A stretch of DNA of 64,000 bases from an uncultured Gemmatimonadaceae bacterium (GTDB lineage Bacteria; Gemmatimonadota; Gemmatimonadetes; Gemmatimonadales; Gemmatimonadaceae), in assembly GCA_963822945.1 (NCBI GenBank), contig CAWGJO010000022.1, positions 1-64,000 of the forward strand. Direction: 5' to 3'. A model generated the notes under the pieces. The model made no database searches and was not told the origin of the DNA. It saw nothing but the letters and a program-made list of their open reading frames with translations. Within the stretch, counting starts at the first letter, position 1. Each line of letters opens with the position of its first letter. The position numbers were made by a program, and so were the translations under genes. This document shows, in pieces, positions 39,384 to 49,997 of the stretch.

Positions 39384-40750
39384 GTGGCTGCGGCTCCGCT
39401 TTCGCTCCGAATCCTCGCTATCGCAACGGAGAGCGAGCCCGACGCATTCCGATCGCTCAAGCGATGGACGCATCCCGCCGGGCATGCGGTGGAAGTCGTG
39501 GCCGACTTCGGCAGCGCCGTGCGCCGTGTGGCATCGGCCCGGTGGGACGTCGTTGCCCCGGTCCTGGATGGCGACCATCTCTTGGAGGATCTGGACTGGT
39601 GGGCCAGAGACGGTCCGCCAGCTGGAGGGGGTCGCGGCTGCTCCCATTCGCGCGAAACCTGTCGTTGCCGCTGCTCCTTCGCGCCGAGCAACTGTCGGTG
39701 CTCGAACTGCTACCGCTCCCCGTGCGGTTCGACGACGTGACTCGTCTGCTGCAGCGGCTTCACCATTCGGCCGAGGATGTTCGCGTCCCGCTCCTCGCCG
39801 TCGAGACGCACACGGCGGGGCGCGCCACGATGGTGGGGCGGAGCCGAGCCATCGTTGACGTGTACAAGATGATTGCCCGTGTGGCCCCAAGCCCCGCCAC
39901 CGTACTCCTGGTGGGAGAGTCCCGGCACCGGGAAGGAAGTGGTGGCGCGTGCCATCCATGCCGCCAGCCCACGCGCCGCAGGGCCTTTCATCTCCGTCAA
40001 CTGTGCCGCGATTCCCGATCACCTGCTGGAGAGCGAGCTGTTCGGACATGAGAAGGGCGCGTTCACGGGCGCGATGCGCGGCGTACCGGGCGGTTGCGAG
40101 ATGGCCGTGGGCGGCCACTGTTCCTGGATGAGATCGCCGACATGAGCGTGGCGTTGCAGGCGAAGATCCTGCGCGGCATTCAGGAACGCGCGATCGAACG
40201 CCTCGGCGGAGGGGTCGCCATCCCGGTGGACATCCGGTTCATCGCCGCCACGAATTGCGACCTGCAGGAAGCCATCGCCGAGAACAAGTTCCGCGAGGAC
40301 CTGTATTTCCGACTGTCGGTGTTCACGATCCGCCTTCCGCCACTCGCCGAGCGCGCCGACGACCTGCTGCTGCTGACGTCGTACTTCATCAACGACTTTT
40401 CCCGGCAGTACCGCAAGCACGTCGAAACGATCTCCGAGGATGCGCTGGAACTGCTCCGGGCCCATGACTGGGTCGGCAACGTGCGTGAGCTGCGGAACGT
40501 GCTGAAGCCGCGGTCGTCTTTGCGGCCGACGGTGGTGCGCGCCGAACACCTCCCTCGGGAATTCCGTCTCCACGCCGCGAGCCCCGATCCCGGACCGCGC
40601 CCGCCCCGGACACGCTGGCGTCCGTGAGGGCCGAGCACATCGCCGGGGTACTCGCACAGACGGGGAGGCGTGATGTGGAGCGCGGCGGGCATCCTCGGCA
40701 TTCACCGCAACACGCTCGCACGGCAGATGCGGGAGGCGGCATCTGAACGG
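39384..40750 (+). pseudogene. Sigma-54-dependent Fis-family activator with a degenerate receiver; multiple frameshifts; ends approximate
   Basis: [25 protein letters not shown]...[51 protein letters not shown], in different frames. Confidence 0.85.
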
Positions 40751-40896
40751 CGGCCAGGCGCGACGATTCCGGCCGTCAGCCGGTCGACTGGCCCGCCCAT
40801 CGCAGTCGGGGCCAGCCCGGGTTCCGGTGACGACGGATCTCGGCCGCGCCATTCCTTGTTCGTGGCCCGCTCGACGCCGGGCAGGGGGAGATTCTC

Positions 40897-41217
40897 GTGG
40901 AGATTCAGGTGAATACCGGTAGCGATCTTGGGGGAACGGCGGCGTTCATCGAGGGGGTCGTGACGGTCGTGCGGGCGGCGCTGGGCCGGTTCGAACACCG
41001 CGTGACGGCACGTCGAAGTCCACCTGACCGATGAAAACGGCAGCGTGAAGAGTGGCACTCGCGACAAGCGTTGCATGATGGAGGCGCGCCCGGCCGGTCT
41101 CGCCCCGATCGCCGTGATCCATTGTGCAGATTCCCGGAGAAGGCGCTGGCCGGCGCGGCTGCGAAGATGGAACGAACGCTACGGCGCACGCTGGGTAAAC
41201 GCGAAGATCGCCGCTGA
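40897..41217 (+). pseudogene. HPF/RaiA-like (sigma-54 modulation) protein; frameshifted
   Basis: MEIQVNT...ALGRFEHRVT/VEVHLTDENG...DKRCMMEARPAGLAPIAV.../ALAGAAAKMERTL. Confidence 0.7.
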
Positions 41218-42283
41218 CGAGCTGCCGAACGAGCTGCTACGGGCACGCAAGGCCAGCACGCCGACGTCCGTCGCCATAGACCCGCGGCGGACGTGGTGGA
41301 CGCTGATGGACCAGTCGGCGTGCCGGATTACCCTGGCCCTTCCGGTTTCGCTTCGCTCGCCATCCGGACAACGATCGTGGTCGAGAACGGGCGCTGCCCG
41401 GTACCGCGTCGTCGCCGGGTCATCGTCATGGCACCCTGCTCAGCATAGGCGCGGCGGCGCGCGGTCCATCGCACGAAGGGATGAACGTGGACTCGTGCCC
41501 CGCGCCCGCCGTCCGGCTCCACGAACGCGCCCCCAATCGAGCTAGGCCGATGTAGCCCATTCGGCCGATGGGCGCGTCTCGAGACGCCGCTACCCTCGGA
41601 CGGGCCCCGGGAGCGGGGCGAAGCACGATTCCCATGACGCGAGTACGGGGTGTCTGATGTCGAACACCGGCGAGGAACGCCGCTCCAACGTTCGATGGAG
41701 CAATGGAGACAACGGGAGTGTTGCGCCGTCCGCCTTCGACCGGGCCGGCTGGATACTGCGGTATCTCGCCACGAGCGCCCGGAACCGCTGGCCGGGCAAT
41801 CCAGCATGGATGCGCCCGATGCGGAGCCGCGGCCGCGAGGAACGCCGCGATGCCGGACGACGTGAAGGGGTGCATCGGTTCCACGCCACTCTGGCTCGGC
41901 GGGACGTCTGGACGATTCACGGATTGCTCCTCATCGGCCGGGCGAGATCGGCGGGGACGAAGGGCCTGGCTCGTGTGATCATTCGCGCTATGCACCTGAC
42001 GGTCAGCAGCAATGCGTGGTCCCAACTGCGCGGGCGCCAGGCCCGGGTTTTCACCGCACCGATTCCCGGGATCTCCCGACTTACTCCGCGGGAATTGCGG
42101 GCGATTCTGAAAGCAGGGGGCGAACAGTAGCGGGCGAGGCGCGCCGGCTCCGCGTGCCCGTCGTGCACCGGTCCGGATCGACAGGGAGCCGTGGATGGCC
42201 CATAATGCGAATTACTCCTCGCCCGCCGGCTGGAACCGCCGCCGGTCCTCGGTCAGCCACGGGACACCAGCAGCGAGGATGCG

Positions 42284-42969
42284 ATGATGAACGTCGCACT
42301 CATCGAGGACAATCGCCTCGTCCGTGAGGGCATGGCGAGCGGTGGCCGGCGACCCGACGTCAGGTCGTGCTGGCCGCGCCCGACGTCGATCCGCCGGAAC
42401 TGCGGGAGAAGCAGCCCCGCGTGGTGCTCATCGACGCCGGGCTGGAGGAGCGGAACAGCCTGCACCTCGCCAGAGTCATCAAGCGGGAGATGACGGACGC
42501 GGAAGTCATCGTCATGGACCTGCTGCCGACCCATGAGGAGATCGCGCAGTTCGTGAAGGCAGGCGTGGCGGGATTCATCCTCAAGGACGCGACATGGGAC
42601 GACATGGTGAAGACCATTCGTTCCGTCGCCGCCGGGGCGCGCGTGCTGCCACCGCGCCTGACCGGCACGTTGTTCTCGCAGATTGCGGAGGCCGCCGTGC
42701 TGCGGGGGCGGGAGGAGGCGCTCTCCTCGGCGCACCTCACGGAGCGGGAGCGGGAGGTGATGGCGTTGATCGCCGCCGGCCTGAGTAACAAGGAGATCGC
42801 CGCCAGGCTCGACATCGCGCTGTACACGGTCAAAAGCCACGTGCACAACATCATGGACAAACTGGCCCTGCATACGCGCCTGCAGATCGCCGCCTACTCG
42901 CGAGGGGCGCCGGAGGCCGTTGTGACGCTCGAGTTCCCCCGCGGGGGCAGGCGAAGCGTCCCCGACTGA
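42284..42969 (+). CDS. NarL/LuxR family response regulator; frameshifted near 42350
   Basis: VALIEDNRLVREG; second frame VVLID...GFILKD...LTEREREVMALIAAGLSNKEIAARLDIALYTVKSHVHNI. Confidence 0.85.
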
Positions 42970-43138
42970 CTCGAACGGGCTACTCCACGGCTCATCCGTT
43001 TGGGCGATGGGCCCTCCTCGACATGCAGCGTATTCTCATGACAATACGGGCGACTGGCCGAAGTCCCTCCGTGCGTCAGCGGGCGGGGAGGCCGGCGCGA
43101 TCATTCCCGGATTGCCTACCGGGATGGAGGTTCGACGA

Positions 43139-43404
43139 GTGCGACCAAGCGTGTTCACGGACGAGGAAATCGCGCAGGCGATTCGTCAGGTTGGGCGGGA
43201 ACTCCCGCCGCGCAGATGTGCCGGACGATGAACGTCACGCAGAGCACGTTCTATCGCTGGCGCAGAAAGTACGAACGCACGGTGGAAAACGAACCGCGAA
43301 CCATCGGCGACGTTCGTATGGAGAATCGGCAACTCAAGCGAATCATGGCGGAACTGCTGGTCGGGCGGCACGGATCGACCGGGCGCCGCGGGGAGTTGTC
43401 CTAA
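43139..43404 (+). mobile_element. IS3-family OrfA-like HTH remnant (frameshifted, no OrfB)
   Basis: GGAGG RBS; FTDEEIAQAIRQ.../MCRTMNVTQSTFYRWRRKY...ENRQLKRIMAEL. Confidence 0.7.
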
Positions 43405-43468
43405 CCGGTCGGCGCGATACGGTCACGCCGGCGCATCCGCCACCGCTTCGGGGAGTGAGGAACGGGAT

Positions 43469-43618
43469 ATGTTGATGACACTTGCGGTCATACTGATCGT
43501 GCTGTGGTTGCTCGGGCTCGTCACATCGTACACCATGGGCGGCCTGATTCATATCCTGCTCGTGCTCGCGATCATCGTGATCGTGGTGCACGTGATTCAG
43601 GGCCGGAAGGTCGCGTAA
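43469..43618 (+). CDS. lmo0937-family small membrane protein (49 aa)
   Basis: MLMTLAVILIVLWLLGLVTSYTMGGLIHILLVLAIIVIVVHVIQGRKVA; GAGG RBS; below the ORF-track cutoff. Confidence 0.85.
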   Translation: MLMTLAVILIVLWLLGLVTSYTMGGLIHILLVLAIIVIVVHVIQGRKVA

Positions 43619-43740
43619 TTGTGCCGACACCGACGCGGTCGTGAACCCGATCATGCGGGCGGGAGCGGCGACCGAAATACCGAGCTCGTTCACGGAGCAG
43701 CAGGCCGCGCGGCGGCGCGGCCTGCCACGTCCACCTACGT

Positions 43741-46700
43741 CTACGGCCGGTCCGGCCCCGGATTCGCCAATTCGTCCTTCTTGAGGAAGGGCACCCCGTC
43801 GGTCATCCACTTGGGCGCAGGCGCGTCCATGAGATAGTGATCGAAGAACTGGAAGAACCTCGTGGTGAGGTCCTTGCGGTTTCCGAGTTTGCTCAGGTGG
43901 TGTCCCTCGCCCGGGTAGGCCAGCAGCACGGCGTTCTTGCCGTTGTATCGAAGCGCATTGTAGAAGTTGAGGCTCTCGATGAACGACACCGTCGGGTCGG
44001 CGGTGCCGTGCATGATGAGGATCGGTTCGGTCACCTCGCGCACGTGGGTCAACGCGGATTCGTCGTGGTAGACGTCGGGCCGGTCCCAGGGCGCGAAGCC
44101 CCACCGGCCCTGGCCGTAGATGTAGTACTGGTTGCCGTTCTCACCGGAACCGCCGCTGTTCTGGTACGACCAGCCCCATTCCTGGTTGAAGTCGGTGTAC
44201 AGGTCGGTGACACCGGCGCCCTCCCCGACCGCCGCGAAGAGCCGCGAACGCGTCGCGATATACGCCGCCCCCTCGCCCGCATAGCTGTGCCCGTGCAGCC
44301 CGATGTGCTTCGGGTCGGCGTACCCCATGGCGATCACTCGGCGCGTGGCCGCTTCCACACAGTCCAACTGGTCGTCGTGCGACGTACCCGTGTTGTAATG
44401 GATGTCCGGAATCATCACGATGTACCCGCGGCTCACGGCTTCGATGGCCGGCCGGCCCATGCTCACCAGTAGCTCCGGCATCGGGTACCGGTTCAGGAGC
44501 TGCGAGTTCTTCTCGTAGAACGTCACGAGCATCGGCCGCTTCTCGCCCGGCTTGTAGTCATCGGGGAACCAGAGCAGGCCCTGCAGCTTGTGCCCGTACC
44601 GGTCCTTGAAGTCGAAGAGGCTGTCGTGTCCCCACCGGAACTCCGCCTGCTGCGGGTTGGAGTTGGTGATCTGCGTGGCGCCCTTGAAGTCGGCGTCCGA
44701 CACGCGCAGGTCGGGCGATGCGGTGAAGGTTTCCCGGGTGAACAGATACCGGTCGGCGTGCGCTGCCTTGTGTGCCGAGCTGTACGAGGCGGCGTCGTAC
44801 ACCATCTCGGTCAGCTTGCCGCCGTCGAGCGTGTAGAACCCGGCATCCTTCGACAGATCGCCGAACGCTGACAGGGTGACCGGCTTCGACAGGTCGATAG
44901 ACGTCGCCGGTGCGTTCCTCGCGGCTGGCCATCGAGTCGATCGGTTGCAGCCGCGCCAGGCGCAGGATGGTCTTGTGCCGGGCGCCGAATCCGCTGGTGA
45001 TGTTGGCCGCGGCGCCCTTGCCGTCCAGTGGCAGCGTCCAGAGGTCGTACTTGTCCTGGACGATGACGCGTGTGCCGTCGCTCGTGTACCCCGCCACGCC
45101 CCATGACGGTTTGGGGCCTGGATGATCGTATTCGGAATTCACGAAACTCGGCGCGCCGGCGCCGAGCGTGGTCGCGGTACCGGCCGCGAGGTCGTAGGCC
45201 TGGAACTTCCCGTCCTTCCAGTAGAGGAACGTGCGGCTGTCGGGCGAGATGCCGAATGCCGCGCCCTGCGTGAGCTGGTCTTTGAACATCAGCGTGCGCG
45301 CGCCGGTGGCCGTGTTGACGCGGTAGAAGTCGGCGGCGGCCGGCTTGTAGTCGGAGAGGTACGGCCGTGCATCGCGCCCCACGGCCCAGCGGCCGTCCAC
45401 CGAGATTTCGATGTCGCGCATCGTCGAGTCGCTGAGCGCCACGTACCGCGCGCCGGCGACGTCGAAGGCCTCGCGGTAGGTGAAGTTGCGATCGCGCTGG
45501 GCGCGGATCATCTGTGCCGATTGGATGTAGCGGTCGGCCGTCCGCCAGACATCCACGTTGGCCGTCGAGTCGCTGCTCTTCCGGCTGACCGTGTCGGCAG
45601 CCGGCGTCTGCGGCATCGCGCCGAAGAAGACGCGGGCGCCGTCCTCGCTCCAGGTGAGCGGCGCGCGGTCGCTGATCACCCAGCCGCGGGCGAACCCGGC
45701 GGCCGACGAATCGAGTGCAACCGGCGCCAGCGCCGGGTCGTCGAGCGCCCGGCGCACGTCCGGCACGACGAGCAGCATGTTCTCGCGCTCGCGCATCTTC
45801 GGCACCGGGGTCCCCTTGAGCACGGCCACGCCGGTGCCGGCGTCGTTCCAGGCCAGCCGGCTGTAGACGCGCGCATCGTTGTCGAGTGCCCGCGTACTGC
45901 CGCTGGCGAGGTCGGTGACGAACAGGCCGTTGCCGTCGCGCACCGCGGCATCGATGGTGTAGGCCAGCAGATCACCGGGGCGGTTGAAGGCCGCATCGGC
46001 GACGCTCCCGATGAACTGGCCCCGTCCGGTGGTCAGATCGTACACGATCGCGTCGGAGCCATGGCTGGGCGGTTCTGCCCCACCGCCCCGGCCGCCCGGG
46101 AACCCGCCGCGTCCTCCCCGGCCACCGCCAGCCGCCGGACGGTCGCGCACGAGCACGAACCGCGAGTTCTGGGAGAACGTCGCCGACTGCATGTCGTGCC
46201 ACACCGTGGTCTTGCCCGTGGCAAGTTCCCGGAGTTCGATCCGGTGCCGGGTGGAGTCACGGCTGCCGGCGCGCCCGATGCCCCCGGTTCCACCGGGCGT
46301 CCCCGGTGCGGGGGAGCGGCAGTGCCCGCACCCCGGCCGCCACGTCCGCCTCGCGGCGGCTGCGAATCCACCTCGTACGCGAGCCAGCGCCCGTCGGGGG
46401 AGAAGACTCCGTTGGAGGCGTTTGGAATCGCGATGTCCTGCCGCGTTTCGAGATTCCGTACATGCAGTTCGGGTTTCGCGTCGCGGGCCGCGACGTTGGT
46501 GAACCGATAGACGTAGATCACCCACCGGCCGTCGCTCGAGATGGCGTCGTTCTCGATCGTCCGCCAGCGCGAATAGTCGTCGACGGTCAGGACCCTCTTG
46601 CCCGTGGAATCGGGGTGAAGCCCGGCGGATCGCGCCGGAACGCGCGCCGACTGCGACAACGCGGGGGCCGGCAAGGACGCGGCCGCGAGCAGGGCTGCAC

Positions 46701-46776
46701 ATCCGAGGAGGACGCGGCGCGCGGCACGGAAGCCGGCACGGGGCGGGTGGGAACGACGGGAGGCGATTCTCGACAC
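43741..46776 (-). CDS. Secreted S9 (prolyl oligopeptidase family) peptidase; frameshifts near 46250 and 44900
   Basis: Signal peptide; propeller repeats ISSDGRW and FSPDGRW; GHSYAG elbow, HGTADPTV, YPGEGHH. Confidence 0.88.
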
Positions 46777-46849
46777 GGGCTGCTCTCGAGGCGGGGTGAA
46801 TCGCCAAGTTACGTCGCGGTACAGCAGGGGGCGATAGGGTGCGGTGCCG

Positions 46850-48445
46850 CTAGTTGTGCCCTGCGCTCAGCGCCCGTGCCTGGGGCATGTCGGCCACCGC
46901 CGCCTTTACCGCCCCATCCGTGAGCGCCACCATGCGATAGTAGCCGGCCATCCCGAACCGCACGAAGGCGACTTCCCCCACCAACGCGCGCTGCAACCAC
47001 CGCTCGCTCGCGGAGTCGGTCGGCACGGTCACGCCGGCGTGCACGGCGTACGCGCGAAACTGCGCCAGCGCCGAATCCGGGAGCCGGCCGGCCGCGGCCA
47101 GCGAATCGACGCTGGTGAGCGCGGCCGAGTTGGCGCTCACGTAGCCGTTGGCCCAGGTGAGCACCGTACCCGCCTCGTTGAGCCTCGCCAGCCACTCGGG
47201 GGGCGTGGCCGGCGGCGGCAGCATGACGTCGGGTACGATTCCGCCACCGCCGTACACCACGCGCCCGCCGTCGGTGTGACAGCTCGGCCGGCCGGCGGTG
47301 TCGGACGCCGCGCCCGCCATCTCGAAGTACTCGTGGCGCGACGTACCGCGGTAGCGGCGCTGAATCACACGGCCGCATGGCGTCTTGAGCCATCCCACGA
47401 CGAGCACCATCGCCGAGCCGTCGGTGAGGGGAAAGTCGCGCATGATGAGCGACTTGCCGAACGTCGTGCGTCCCACGATCAGGGCCCGATCGTGGTCCTG
47501 CAGCGCGCCGGCCACGAGCTCCGAGGCGCTGGCCGTACCGCGATCGACGAGCAACACCACCGGGTACTTTCGTTCGCTGCGCCAGAACGAGCGCCCCACG
47601 CGCACGGTGTCGGTAACGGACTCCTTGCGTCCGACCGAGGTGTACACGATCTGGCCGCGCGGCAGAAATTCGCCGGCGATGCGCGCGGCCTGATCCACGC
47701 GCCCGCCGCCGTTGCCGCGCAGGTCGAGCACGAGCGCGTGCATCCCCCGGTCCTCCAGCTTCCCGAGCGCCGAGTGCAGGTCGTCGGCAACCTTGTCGCC
47801 CTCGAATGTGGTGACGCGGACGTATCCGGTTGCCGAGTCGAGCATGATCGCCACCGGGACGGCCGATTCCTCATCGACGCGTTCCCGGCGCACCGTGCGC
47901 TGGAGTCGCACGAGGGATCCGTCCAGCCGGCGCCGCAGGAATTCGAGCTGCACGGAACTCTTCGGCGCGCCGGCCAGCGCCAACGCGAGCTCGTCGGGCG
48001 ATTCGGCGGCGATCGGGTGGCCGTCGGCCGCCACGAGTTCATCGCCGGGCAGGATGTCGAGCGAGACGGCGCGCGATCCGGGTGAGACGGCGACCACCAG
48101 CGGCGCACCTTCGGTGTACGCGAACGATATCGGCACGGACACGAGTTTCCCGTCGTCCAGGGCCTTCTGCTTGGCGGGGTCGAGCCGCTCGGCCGGAATC
48201 ACGAACGAGTGGGGGTCGGCTGCCTGCACCATGCCCTGGATGGCGGCCATCAGGAGCTGGTGGGAGTCGAGCGAATCGGGATGGTTCACGCGAATCTGAT
48301 TGAGGACCTGGCTGAACATCACCAGGTCCTCGGCGATCGAGCGCTGGCGCACGGGGGCCCGGAGCGAATCCGACTGCTGTGCCTGCGCGCCGGCGGCGAC
48401 CCCCAGGAGGACCGCCGCCAGCAGGGCCGGGGTTCGGGTACTCAC
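46850..48445 (-). CDS. S41A C-terminal processing protease (CtpA-like) with PDZ domain
   Basis: DPHS, PDZ region, LVLDLRGNGGG, TASASELVAGALQD, TFGK, GGGIVPD. Confidence 0.92.
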   Translation of the reverse strand: MSTRTPALLAAVLLGVAAGAQAQQSDSLRAPVRQRSIAEDLVMFSQVLNQIRVNHPDSLDSHQLLMAAIQGMVQAADPHSFVIPAERLDPAKQKALDDGKLVSVPISFAYTEGAPLVVAVSPGSRAVSLDILPGDELVAADGHPIAAESPDELALALAGAPKSSVQLEFLRRRLDGSLVRLQRTVRRERVDEESAVPVAIMLDSATGYVRVTTFEGDKVADDLHSALGKLEDRGMHALVLDLRGNGGGRVDQAARIAGEFLPRGQIVYTSVGRKESVTDTVRVGRSFWRSERKYPVVLLVDRGTASASELVAGALQDHDRALIVGRTTFGKSLIMRDFPLTDGSAMVLVVGWLKTPCGRVIQRRYRGTSRHEYFEMAGAASDTAGRPSCHTDGGRVVYGGGGIVPDVMLPPPATPPEWLARLNEAGTVLTWANGYVSANSAALTSVDSLAAAGRLPDSALAQFRAYAVHAGVTVPTDSASERWLQRALVGEVAFVRFGMAGYYRMVALTDGAVKAAVADMPQARALSAGHN

Positions 48446-49650
48446 GGACGCTGGTCCGGCATCGGTCCGCCATTGGCGCGGAGGGCCTTCAGGCGTGCCT
48501 GCGCCTCGTCCCGCGCCGAGCCACTCCTCGGCGCACGGGTGAGGAAGGCCGAATATTCGCCGGCGGCATCGGCCGCGTGCCCGCGCTTGTCCAGGATCTG
48601 GGCAAGCGAGAAGTACGGGGCCGCGTACACGCTGTCGTGGGCGATGGCTGCACGGAAGTGCGGCTCGGCGTCGTCTAGCCGCCCAGCGTTCATGAGGACT
48701 ACTCCGTCGGCGTACTGCATGGCCGGATCGTCGGGCCGGAGCTGCACGGCGAGGTCCATCTCGCTCAGCGTCGTCGCCGTGTCGTGCTGCGCCATGGCCA
48801 GATACGCCAGATAGACGTGCGCGGGCGAATACGAGAGATCCTCCTGCAGCGCCTGGCCCAGCGCCGCGCGGGCCGAATCCAATTTGCCGAGCCGCAAGTA
48901 CGCGACGGCGATGCGTTCGTCGAGAAGCGCCTTGGAGTCGTAGACGTACACGAGATCCTTGTTGTCGCGCTTCTTCATCTCGGCGGCCGCCGTGGTGAGT
49001 TCGGTCAGCGCGCTGTCGATCTGCCCGGCTTCGTAGAAGACCGTGGCGCGTTCGACGCGCAGCGTCGCCTTGAAGTCCGCGGCGTCGATGGCCGAAGCGT
49101 ACAGCTTGAGCGCGTCCGGCAGGCGCCCCTCGGCATGCGCCTGGTACGCCCGGAGTTCCGGGGGCGCGTCGAACATGTACTGCTGAAGCTCGAACCGGAT
49201 CTGGCCCGGCGAGTCGCCCGTCTGCCGGCTGAGCTTATCGGAGAGCTGATCGAGGACCGCGTCGAAGATCACGTGCTCGAGGCGGTCGGAGACGAATGGA
49301 TTGAGGGTCAGGGCGTGGTAATAGAGGGAGTCGATTTGCTGGACGTCCTTGGAGCGAATCGTTCCCTCGTCCCCCTGCCAGTACCGCAGCAGGCGCCGCC
49401 GGTCCTCGAGCAGCAGGGCCACCCGGCGGGCGTAGAAGGCGTCGGCCATGGCCGGGTTCAGCCGGGTGGCCCAGTAGAATGCGGCTGCGGCGGTCTCCGG
49501 TTGCTTCTCGACCTGCTGCAGACCCCAGAAGTAGTAGGAGTTGGCGTCGTTGGTATCGGCGGTTTCCGGCAGCCGGGGACGTTCGGGGGCCTTCTGCCCC
49601 TCGGCGGGGCGGAAGGCGAGGCCCAGGCACACGATTGCCACGGGCAGCAT
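48442..49650 (-). CDS. Secreted tetratricopeptide-repeat protein; start approximate
   Basis: Signal peptide; repeated TPR patterns (ATRLNP, AVQLRPDD, AIAHD); 4-nt overlap with the S41 gene. Confidence 0.8.
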   Translation of the reverse strand: MLPVAIVCLGLAFRPAEGQKAPERPRLPETADTNDANSYYFWGLQQVEKQPETAAAAFYWATRLNPAMADAFYARRVALLLEDRRRLLRYWQGDEGTIRSKDVQQIDSLYYHALTLNPFVSDRLEHVIFDAVLDQLSDKLSRQTGDSPGQIRFELQQYMFDAPPELRAYQAHAEGRLPDALKLYASAIDAADFKATLRVERATVFYEAGQIDSALTELTTAAAEMKKRDNKDLVYVYDSKALLDERIAVAYLRLGKLDSARAALGQALQEDLSYSPAHVYLAYLAMAQHDTATTLSEMDLAVQLRPDDPAMQYADGVVLMNAGRLDDAEPHFRAAIAHDSVYAAPYFSLAQILDKRGHAADAAGEYSAFLTRAPRSGSARDEAQARLKALRANGGPMPDQRP

Positions 49651-49997
49651 GAGGCGGGCTTTCAAGACTCCTCCATGGCGGACGCGCCGGGAGAAGGGGA
49701 GGGAGGGGCGTCGCCGGCCGGCTCCGCGGGGATGACGGAACGCGAATGGGCGACGGGGCATGAGACGCCCTCGACGAACCTCGCCAACGTGCAGCTGGAA
49801 CCGCCGCTCGGCAAGAGGGGATCCGGGCTCCAATTATGAGTAAACTCGCCGGAAATGGCGTCCGGTGCCGCTCGGGATGGACGGGGCGGTGCCGCCGGGC
49901 CGGAACCAATTGCCGGGGATGCCGTCCGCCCGGCTTCCGGCGCGCGTCCAGGCTGACCATAGTTGACGTTTCCTGCCTTCAAAGGAGTCTCGTCCCG

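Noticed and set aside
38831..42283. Sigma-54 (-24/-12) promoter near the activator
   Set aside because: TGGCAC/TGGCAT hits (about 39204, 41053, 41429) lack a correctly spaced TTGC.
43741..46776. S9 peptidase as a lasso isopeptidase partner for the precursor
   Set aside because: It lies about 18 kb away in a separate protease cluster and resembles a generic secreted S9 enzyme; nothing links the two.
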